DNA from: a bacterium
GTDB lineage: Bacteria > JAMCPX01
Direction: 5' to 3'
Assembly: GCA_021789095.1 (NCBI GenBank)
Contig: JAJYJX010000003.1
Location: forward strand, 1 to 33,542
Length of the DNA stretch: 33,542 nucleotides
Part shown: piece by piece, positions 9,070-16,433 of the stretch
Layout of the letters: every line of letters begins with the position of its first letter
How positions within the stretch are numbered: position 1 is the stretch's first letter
Translations under genes and position numbers: made by a program
The notes under the pieces: generated by a model
Told to the model about the DNA's origin: nothing
Database searches by the model: none
What the model saw: only the letters and a program-made list of their open reading frames with translations

Positions 9070-9098
9070 AAAAAAAGCCCCGCCGAAGGCGGGGCTTT
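9070..9098 (-). terminator. Rho-independent terminator of pilA
   Basis: Minus strand GCCCCGCC-TTC-GGCGGGGC followed by T7, about 30 nt after the pilA stop. Confidence 0.88.
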
Positions 9099-9127
9099 GA
9101 ACATTCATATTCATCATTTTCAAACTG

Positions 9128-9712
9128 TTAGTTGTGATCAATAAAAAACGCTGTGTTTGATGCCTGGATTACGTTACCACCAACCTGTATTATAGTATCG
9201 CTACATCCACCCAATGCCCATGCAGTAAATGGTGCAGCGGTGTTTGTGATATATTGAATTCTACCAATTACAGCCCCTGGACAAGGTTGTCCGTTAGCTG
9301 GAACCACCGCAGGAAACCACGCAGCAATACTAACAGGGGGGTCGCTTGTTACTACTGCGGGTAAATCTGCCACCGCAGATGGTATACCAATTGGAGGCGC
9401 TGTAGGACAACGAGTTATAGCACCACTGTTGCTGTAATATCCAGGATTATATGGATCATTGGGGGGGGTGTTGTTTGGTAACCTGCAAGTATATTGCCCA
9501 TCAGTAGTAATATCTACAGGATATGTGCCTCCTGTACCTACCGCATAATCTTCAAGTGCAAGCTGGAATGTATGCATAGCACCTTTTACAGATGCCTCTC
9601 TTGCCCTTCTCTGCATTGCGATGAAGTTTGGGATGGCGATTGCCGCGAGTATACCGATGATCACAACGACGACCATCAACTCGATCAACGTAAAACCTTT
9701 TTGTCCTTTCAT
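9128..9712 (-). CDS. pilA: Type IVa major pilin
   Basis: Class III leader MKGQKG|FTLIELMVVVVIIGILAAIAIPNF (G-1, F+1, E+5, P+22); AGGAGG SD at 9721-9726; own promoter and terminator. Confidence 0.93.
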   Translation of the reverse strand: MKGQKGFTLIELMVVVVIIGILAAIAIPNFIAMQRRAREASVKGAMHTFQLALEDYAVGTGGTYPVDITTDGQYTCRLPNNTPPNDPYNPGYYSNSGAITRCPTAPPIGIPSAVADLPAVVTSDPPVSIAAWFPAVVPANGQPCPGAVIGRIQYITNTAAPFTAWALGGCSDTIIQVGGNVIQASNTAFFIDHN

Positions 9713-9749
9713 AAACTTTTCCTCCTTTTAATTTTATACCTGTTTATTA

Positions 9750-9766
9750 TGCATGGAATATGCCAG
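9750..9766 (-). promoter_or_regulatory. Sigma54 (-24/-12) promoter of pilA
   Basis: Minus strand CTGGCATATTCCATGCA has GG-N10-GC spacing; pilA is commonly RpoN/PilR dependent. Possible activator site TGTC-N9-GACA at 9835-9851. Confidence 0.75.
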
Positions 9767-9903
9767 TAGAATTGATGTTTAACATGCTGAAAAGCAATGT
9801 CTTTTTTTGAGAGAAAAAACCATGACTTGTTAAATGTCTGGGATTATGACAAAAAACGGCAGATAAAGAACTGGATTTTCCTGCATAAGGGCTGTGTCAT
9901 AAT

Positions 9904-9991
9904 GTCATTGCGAGGAGCGTAGAGACGAAGCAATCTCTAACCCATTGAAAAACAATAGATTGCCACGCTCCCTTCGGTCGCTCGCAATGAC
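9904..9991. repeat. Family C palindrome doublet
   Basis: GTCATTGCGAGGAGCG..GAAGCAATCT (9904-9936) / AGATTGCCACGCTCCCTTCGGTCGCTCGCAATGAC (9957-9991). Confidence 0.85.
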
Positions 9992-10024
9992 AATAACCCG
10001 AGTTTTCAACAGCCTGAAAAAAAA

Positions 10025-11203
10025 TTAACTTAATAGGTTCCTTACCCATTCAGAGAATTTAAACCATGGAATTGCCATATTATTGTATGGCAGTTTTATT
10101 GTTTCATTTACTCTGCATACAAGAACACCTTCCTTTGCAGCATCTTTACCTGCAAGCACCTTAAATTTTTCCAATGATTTTAAGTGTCCTTCTAATGGTG
10201 TTGAAGTCAGCTTTATTTCTATAGGACAGAGCTTTTCTCCAATTTGAATAATCAGATCGACTTCGAGTCCATCATGTGATCTCCAAAAAAATATGTCTCT
10301 TCGCCGCTCTAACATAGTAAACAGCTTAACTGTTTCGTTTATAATTAACTCTTCAAATAAACTACCCGCCATAGCACCAGATATTGCAGCATCCGCATCA
10401 GGCTGACGGGTAAGCTCACATACTATTGCGGGGTCCAAGAAATAGAGTTTCGGTGATTTTATTAATCTTTTCCCGTAATTTTTATAATAGGGCTGAAGAA
10501 AAAAGCAAAGATACGATGCTTCTAAAATACTTGCCCATGATTTAATGGTAGGAACAGAGACTCCGCATTTCTTTGACAATTGGGATGCATTAAAAACCTG
10601 TCCATTGTAAGTTGCACATAAGCCAAGAAACGTCTCAAATGCGTGCAGGTCTTTTATATTTAGCAATTGTCTTACATCCCTCTCAATATATGTTTGTATA
10701 TAAGAGCGTATCCATAAATCCCTTTTTGCAGGGTAAATACAGGGTTCGGGGAAAAAGCTATTCCATATTGCATCTTTAATGTTCTGCTTTTTGTATTCAA
10801 GTATACTGAATGGTAATAGTTCAAAGATCGCAATCCGCCCGGCAAGGGATTCCGTAATATTCTTCATGAGGCTGAACTGTTGGGAACCGGTAAAAAGCCA
10901 TTTTCCCATCTTGTTCCTGTTGCGATCTATGCGAATTTTTATATAAGAAAACATCTCCGGCACATATTGAATCTCGTCAAGGATTACCGCCTTGTCCTCA
11001 AAACGATCGAGAAATCCATTAGGGTCTGATTGAGCAAAATTTCTTTCTATCGGGTCCTCCATGTTAACATATTGATAACTTTTACCGAACTCATGCAAAA
11101 GGAAGGTTGTTTTACCGGATTGTCTTGGTCCGGTAACAAGTACAGCAGGAAACATGGATAGTGCTTTTTGTAATTCCCTTTTGATCAGCCTTTTTATATA
11201 CAT
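10025..11203 (-). CDS. AAA+ ATPase (AAA_14 + DUF4143-like)
   Basis: GPRQSGKTT, ILDEIQ, TGS, YIERDV, KSPKLYFLD, C-terminal EVDLII...PIEIK nuclease-like motif. Confidence 0.9.
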   Translation of the reverse strand: MYIKRLIKRELQKALSMFPAVLVTGPRQSGKTTFLLHEFGKSYQYVNMEDPIERNFAQSDPNGFLDRFEDKAVILDEIQYVPEMFSYIKIRIDRNRNKMGKWLFTGSQQFSLMKNITESLAGRIAIFELLPFSILEYKKQNIKDAIWNSFFPEPCIYPAKRDLWIRSYIQTYIERDVRQLLNIKDLHAFETFLGLCATYNGQVFNASQLSKKCGVSVPTIKSWASILEASYLCFFLQPYYKNYGKRLIKSPKLYFLDPAIVCELTRQPDADAAISGAMAGSLFEELIINETVKLFTMLERRRDIFFWRSHDGLEVDLIIQIGEKLCPIEIKLTSTPLEGHLKSLEKFKVLAGKDAAKEGVLVCRVNETIKLPYNNMAIPWFKFSEWVRNLLS

Positions 11204-11209
11204 AAGCCT

Positions 11210-11238
11210 ATTTTAAAGTAGAACTTTAAATTTGTCAA
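11210..11238 (-). promoter_or_regulatory. Sigma70 promoter with overlapping operator-like palindrome
   Basis: TTGACA (11238-11233), 17 nt, TAAAAT (11215-11210); palindrome TTTAAAGT-AGA-ACTTTAAA at 11212-11230. Confidence 0.72.
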
Positions 11239-11307
11239 CCTTAGTATTAACCTCCTTATTCCCCCTTGTTAGGGAGGAGATAAAGACATGGATTCCCCCG
11301 CATCAAG

Positions 11308-11444
11308 AGGCTATCCGATAATCTACCAAACCCAACGTTGTCATTCTGAATGGAGCGAAGCGGAATGAAGAATCTCATAAATTCAGTAAGATGTATTCTT
11401 TAGATTCTTCGGCTACACCCCAGAATGACATTGTCGGACGGCCT
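11308..11444. mobile_element. MITE-like element carrying a family B doublet, nested in a family A palindrome
   Basis: Ends AGGCTATCCGATAAT / ATTGTCGGACGGCCT (12/15 complementary); TCAAG on both sides; internal doublet 11340-11376 and 11402-11429. Confidence 0.6.
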
Positions 11445-11543
11445 GTCAAGTGCGGAACAGGCTCCGCCATCCCTCGATACTGGTAGGATACTGGTAGATT
11501 GCTTCGCTATTGCTCGCAATGATAATAAAGTATGATGGGTATA

Positions 11544-11975
11544 TCAATTATGATCGCAGAATATGCTGCCATTATACATTATCCAGTTGCCGCCGGAGTT
11601 TATAGTATTACTCTGTCCTGCCATTGCCCATTGAGTGTTAGCGGGGCTATTGCCATCATCGGTTAAATACAATATCTGACCCGGCATAATCGCGGCACCT
11701 GCCCATGTAGCGCATTTGGTAAGTGGAGTTGGATCTGCTACAGGAGAAAAATCAGCGGGCTTGCATATATCTCCGCCAGTATATAGAGGGAAATTATACC
11801 TGAGGCCGCAATATGGATCATTTGGCGGAGTGCCTCCTATAAATTGTTTCAGGAAAATAGAATTGTTCCGAATATCACCCGAAGCTAGTGCAGGGGGATA
11901 GGAACCGCTTGTAAAAGTAGCGTAGCATTGTAAAGCAAGCTGGATTGAATGCATGGATGCTTTTATAGATGCTTT
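11544..11975 (-). pseudogene. Second pilin copy lacking leader and hydrophobic N-terminal helix (silent cassette or truncated gene)
   Basis: Shares with PilA: ASxKxxMHxxQLAL..YA, GxYP, TPPNDPY, TxWAxxGxSxTI, GGN and terminal DHN. The frame is open upstream to a stop near 12111 but has no GFTLIE or TM segment. Confidence 0.7.
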
Positions 11976-12061
11976 AAGGTAATCTATTGATATACAATTG
12001 ATTTTTTGATTGCAGTATGCAGAGAGACGTAAATTGCTGTAATATGGACAAATAACGGAGG

Positions 12062-12175
12062 TTATTTCTTCTTCTTTTTTATCTGGACTTTGCTGGCTTG
12101 TATCCGTTGTTTATCCCGTGTCTTTGCCTGTGTATTTTTGATAATAAGGGTTTTGGGCAGATTTTTAAATCGCAT
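12062..12175 (-). CDS. Small basic protein, 37 aa (paralog B)
   Basis: AAGGAG SD 5 nt before ATG; MRFKNLPKTLIIKNTQAKTRDKQRIQASKVQIKKKKK; 15/37 ungapped identities with the ORF at 12446-12583. Confidence 0.62.
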   Translation of the reverse strand: MRFKNLPKTLIIKNTQAKTRDKQRIQASKVQIKKKKK

Positions 12176-12222
12176 ATTTACTCCTTTATAAAATAAATTC
12201 AATATTCAATATTTAACATTCA

Positions 12223-12453
12223 AGGGTTATCCCGAAAAATGCAATAAGGAAGTTTGCTCATTCGCTCACCCCTGCGATCCACCTAAGACATGTAAGTTTT
12301 TTGTCATAAAGGATGTTAAAGTCCTCTGTAAGTTTATATGCAGTCACCTTTCGCATTGTTTTACTGATATTCGAAGAATACCTTTGTTTGACGCAGCTTA
12401 TCGCTCATTGCTCAAACTTCCTTATTTCCAAATGCATTTTTCGGGTTAAGCCT
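12223..12453. mobile_element. 231-bp MITE-like element
   Basis: Ends AGGGTTATCCCGAAAAATGCA / TGCATTTTTCGGGTTAAGCCT, plus inner IR AATAAGGAAGTTTG (12244-12257) / CAAACTTCCTTATT (12413-12426). Confidence 0.7.
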
Positions 12454-12583
12454 GTTTTAACAGGAGTCTTTTAAGGTGTTTTTTGTGTTCGAGCTTTTTT
12501 GTTCTTTCTATTTTGTACTTGTTGTGGGTCTGGGCAATCGCTATCCTGTTGACCAGTATTTTGGGAAGATTCATAAATCTCAT
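12446..12583 (-). CDS. Small basic protein, 45 aa (paralog A)
   Basis: AAGGAGG SD; MRFMNLPKILVNRIAIAQTHNKYKIERTKKLEHKKHLKRLLLKQA; stop codon lies inside the MITE end. Confidence 0.62.
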   Translation of the reverse strand: MRFMNLPKILVNRIAIAQTHNKYKIERTKKLEHKKHLKRLLLKQA

Positions 12584-12746
12584 AAATACCTCCTTTCAAC
12601 CCTCAAAAGGATTGAGTATGAGATTTTTCCTTTTATTATAATAATACTAAAGCATAGAAAGTAAACCCCGTTGGAAAGCTTGCAACAGTCGCGAACTGCC
12701 CTGTACCAAAAGCGCAGGGCGTCATGTAAGCCGAAAACACCGGGTC

Positions 12747-12816
12747 GTCATTCCGTGCTTGATACGGAATCCAGCGGCTTTCAAAATTACTAGATTCCCG
12801 CTTTCGCGGGAATGAC
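12747..12816. repeat. Family A doublet (A2 + inverted A1)
   Basis: Units at 12747-12774 and 12790-12816. Confidence 0.88.
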
Positions 12817-12941
12817 AATTATAAAAATTTGCCGATTCATCCCTGTACCAAGAGCGCAGGAAGTTCTTGGCTGTCATTCAGTTTCAAGCTCGTCTATCTT
12901 CTTCGGGATTATCCTTTATGCAGGTAAAACCGAAAGACTTT

Positions 12942-13583
12942 TTAACGGAGTAAAATAAATGAAAGCACGTTGCTGAGCCAGTGGAACAGCACTGCGCCGG
13001 ATATGTTGTCGTCTTTTTCCCTGAGCCAGCTGAAAACAAGGCCCGGGAAGAACATAGCCAGCCTTGAGATGTCCTGTATGACGATAAGATGACCGGCCGC
13101 GAACAACACATTTACCATAAGAAAAGAAAACCCTATTCTGGCACCGAATACGTTTACCTTTTTCTTGTCACACTGCCTTAGCTCTGACTGCAGGTAACCC
13201 CTGTAAAATACCTCCTCTGGTATGGCAACCATGAGCAGGTCGTTCAATGCAAATATAAGTATATGCATTGGTAAAATTGAAAATGACAGAGTCTTTATAC
13301 CGTAGAAATGCCTCATATAGATATAAAAACCAATGGCATATAAAGGGAAAATAAGGAAGGACAAAAGCAAAGCCCTTGCAATGGATTTTAGTAAACCTTT
13401 CTTGCTTATACCGTAGAAAGCCGGCTGCTGCTTTTTTATAAATAAGAATATCACAGGTACATACAGAAATAATACAGCAATAATAACGCCGAGGTAAGGC
13501 TTAAACAAGGCCAGCTTGTTTGCCGCAAATATGGCAAGCAATGCAACGGCGTAGATTATGTATGGTGTTTTACAATGTTTCAT
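12942..13583 (-). CDS. CPBP (Rce1/Abi) intramembrane glutamic protease, myxosortase-like
   Basis: EEVFYRGYLQ, FAAGH and HWLSN motifs; multiple TM helices. Confidence 0.85.
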   Translation of the reverse strand: MKHCKTPYIIYAVALLAIFAANKLALFKPYLGVIIAVLFLYVPVIFLFIKKQQPAFYGISKKGLLKSIARALLLSFLIFPLYAIGFYIYMRHFYGIKTLSFSILPMHILIFALNDLLMVAIPEEVFYRGYLQSELRQCDKKKVNVFGARIGFSFLMVNVLFAAGHLIVIQDISRLAMFFPGLVFSWLREKDDNISGAVLFHWLSNVLSFILLR

Positions 13584-13646
13584 TTAGTTTTATATTAAAT
13601 CTCCGTATCTTACTTTTATAGTTCCCTGCTTTTGCAGGGACGACGT

Positions 13647-13695
13647 CTGGATTCCCGCTCCCCGTTGTCACGAGGGCAAGTTTCGCGGGAATGAC
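13647..13695. repeat. Inverted A1 palindrome with ~22-nt loop insertion
   Basis: CTGGATTCCCGC[TCCCCGTTGTCACGAGGGCAAG]TTTCGCGGGAATGAC; a degenerate unit precedes it at about 13622-13643. Confidence 0.75.
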
Positions 13696-13710
13696 GGAGA
13701 AAGGTATTTA

Positions 13711-16308
13711 TTATTTCTTATCCATATCCTCTTTCAGCTTAATCAGAAATTGCAGCGCATCTAACGGCGTCATATTCTCGGGATTAATCGTCCTTAACAT
13801 GTCAAACACCTTTGCATCGTTTGCTTTAAACAATGCGTACTGCACTGTATGCGATTCAGCACCTTCAGCGAGTCTCGGCAGGCCGAGACTGTCTATTTCC
13901 CCGTCCTGCAGCCTTTTTAATAATTTCTGTGCAAGGGCGACAACATCCTTCGGCAGGCCTGCCATCTTTGCAACCTCAATACCGAAGCTCTCGCTTGACC
14001 CGCCGTCAATGAGCTTTCTTACAAAGATAAGCTTGCCCTGCCACTGTTTTACAGGTATGGACTGGTTTATTGCTTTCGGGTGACTCTGCCCGAATTCGAT
14101 CAGTTCATGGTAGTGCGTCGCGAACAGGGTTTTTGCCCCGATATTATTTGCTATGTAATCAAGCACAGACCATGCAATGCTTATGCCGTCGTACGTGCTT
14201 GTGCCCCTGCCTATCTCGTCAAGGATAATCAGGCTTTTGTTTGTAGCGTTGCTGAGTATGTTTGCCGTTTCTGTCATCTCAACCATAAATGTGCTCTGTC
14301 CCCTTGCAAGATGGTCTGATGCCCCGACCCTTGCAAAGATCCTGTCCACAATGCCGAGTCTTGCCTGTTTTGCAGGAACAAAACACCCGATCTGTGCCAT
14401 AAGCACAATCAAAGCAGACTGTCTTATGATTGTTGATTTGCCGGACATATTCGGGCCTGTTATTATGATGACCTGCCTGTCAGCGCAGTTCAAGGTAATA
14501 TCATTCGGTATAAAGGCCGTGTCCTTCAGGTGCTGCTCTAAAACAGGGTGCCTTGCGTCCTTCAGATCTATTACATCGCCGTCATCCATAACCGGCTTTG
14601 TATATTTGTTTCTGACGGCAATCTCCGAAAAGTTTGACAGCACATCGATGGCTGCTATGGCTGAGGCTGTTTTGAGAATGCGTGACGCATTTTTAGAGAT
14701 GGTTTCATTTAATGTTCTCAGGTAACTGTCTTCGAGCTGTTTTATCTCCGCCTCTGCACCAAGCAGTCTGGATTCCATCTCCTTGAGCTTTGGCGTTATA
14801 AACCTTTCTCCGCTGGCAACGGTCTGCTTCCTTATATAATCGTCAGGCACAAGGCGTAGGTTAGGCCTTGTAACATCTATATAATATCCGAAAACGCTGG
14901 AGTATCCTACCTTGAGCGAGCTTATGCCTGTCCTTGCACGCTCTTCCTGTTCAAGGCGCTTGAGCCACCCCTTTGTATCCTTTACAAGCCCCTTTAATTC
15001 ATCGAGCTGTGTATGAATGCCCTTCTTTATGAACCAGCCGTGCTCTGTCTGTTCATCGGTTAGATCTATTGTATTGTTTATAACAATCTTAATATCGGAA
15101 AGTTCATCTATGGCCCCATATAACCTCAAAAGCAGCGGAACTTTTTTTTCGATCATATGCCTTATGTCTTTTATCGCGTCCATAGACAAGGTAAACCTCT
15201 GAAGGGATTGAGGCGTTAATGTCATGTTATGTGCCTTTGCAACGCTGCGCTCGATATCGCCTATATCCTTCAGCCTGTTCCTGAGCTCTGCCCTTGCAAC
15301 TGGCTCATTAAAGAAATACTCCACAACAGTATGGCGTTCCAATATTTCATTTGTAGAAACGGATGGGAACCTCAAATAATTGCGAAGCATCCTTGACCCC
15401 ATGGGTGTTATTGTTTTGTCCATTACACCGATAAGACTTATCTTTTCAGAGGCGTCTATAATAGAGTTGAACAGCTCAAGGTTGCGTATGGTTGCATTGT
15501 CCATATAAAGATAGGACGAGGGCAGGACATTTCTTATTATTATGTTGCTTATGGGTGTTTTTGTGTCTTCAAGATAGCGGAACAAGGCGGATACAACCGA
15601 TAAAAGTATTGCATTATCATGTGCACCTGCGCCTGTGAGCTGATCGCCCCATAGTGCCGTGACCCTGTCCTTTATGGTGTCCCATTCGAAATACTGCTCG
15701 GGCACAGGGGTGAGTATAAACGGGACCTCTGCCCCGAACAGGCTGATAACCATAGAAGGCAATGATTTGTCTTTGTAGATCAATTCTTTTGGCATAAGCT
15801 TTTTTATCTCGGAGAACACCTGGTCAGGATCAGCGGTTGACAGCAAAAATAGCTCAGATGTGGATGGTTCAAAGAACGCTATTCCATAACCGTTTTGTGT
15901 ATAAGCAAGTGCTGATATGTAATTTGTCTGGTGCGATTCGAGCATGTCCGGATCATAGATAAGTCCCGGCGTTGCAACCCTTATAACGTCCCTTTTTACA
16001 ATGCCCTTTGCCTTTGCAGGGTCCTCTAACTGCTCGCATATTGCAACCTTGAAACCTGAATCCAAAAGCTTTTTTATATAAGGTACTGCTGCATGATAGG
16101 GCACGCCACACATGGGCACGGGGTCTGCAACGTCCTTGTGCCTGGATGTCAGGGTGAGGTCGAGTATAGGCGCAACCGTTACCGCGTCTTCGAAGAACAT
16201 CTCGTAGAAGTCGCCGAGCCTGTAAAAAAGTATTGCGTCTTTGTATTTCGATTTTATTTCAAGGTACTGCTGGATTAAAGGGGTAGGGGACTTGGGCATG
16301 GCCATCAA
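13711..16308 (-). CDS. mutS: DNA mismatch repair protein MutS
   Basis: TPLIQQY, RLGDFYEMF, GPNMSGKST, STFMVEM, DEIGRGTST, FATHYHEL. Confidence 0.97.
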   Translation of the reverse strand: MMAMPKSPTPLIQQYLEIKSKYKDAILFYRLGDFYEMFFEDAVTVAPILDLTLTSRHKDVADPVPMCGVPYHAAVPYIKKLLDSGFKVAICEQLEDPAKAKGIVKRDVIRVATPGLIYDPDMLESHQTNYISALAYTQNGYGIAFFEPSTSELFLLSTADPDQVFSEIKKLMPKELIYKDKSLPSMVISLFGAEVPFILTPVPEQYFEWDTIKDRVTALWGDQLTGAGAHDNAILLSVVSALFRYLEDTKTPISNIIIRNVLPSSYLYMDNATIRNLELFNSIIDASEKISLIGVMDKTITPMGSRMLRNYLRFPSVSTNEILERHTVVEYFFNEPVARAELRNRLKDIGDIERSVAKAHNMTLTPQSLQRFTLSMDAIKDIRHMIEKKVPLLLRLYGAIDELSDIKIVINNTIDLTDEQTEHGWFIKKGIHTQLDELKGLVKDTKGWLKRLEQEERARTGISSLKVGYSSVFGYYIDVTRPNLRLVPDDYIRKQTVASGERFITPKLKEMESRLLGAEAEIKQLEDSYLRTLNETISKNASRILKTASAIAAIDVLSNFSEIAVRNKYTKPVMDDGDVIDLKDARHPVLEQHLKDTAFIPNDITLNCADRQVIIITGPNMSGKSTIIRQSALIVLMAQIGCFVPAKQARLGIVDRIFARVGASDHLARGQSTFMVEMTETANILSNATNKSLIILDEIGRGTSTYDGISIAWSVLDYIANNIGAKTLFATHYHELIEFGQSHPKAINQSIPVKQWQGKLIFVRKLIDGGSSESFGIEVAKMAGLPKDVVALAQKLLKRLQDGEIDSLGLPRLAEGAESHTVQYALFKANDAKVFDMLRTINPENMTPLDALQFLIKLKEDMDKK

Positions 16309-16341
16309 AGCGCTCTGTTATTCCGATCCACTCTTTATTCC

Positions 16342-16407
16342 GTCATTCCGCACTTGATGCGGAATCCAGGTTTTTGTCTTCTGGATTCCCGTTTTCACGG
16401 GAATGAC
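16342..16407. repeat. Family A doublet (A2 + inverted A1)
   Basis: GTCATTCCGCACTTGATGCGGAATCCAG, 11-nt spacer, CTGGATTCCCGTTTTCACGGGAATGAC. Confidence 0.9.
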
Positions 16408-16433
16408 AACAGAGGGAATGTTATTTATTGCAG

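Noticed and set aside
11476-11497. GATACTGGTAG x2 tandem
   Set aside because: Only two copies inside decayed repeat debris; most likely slippage.
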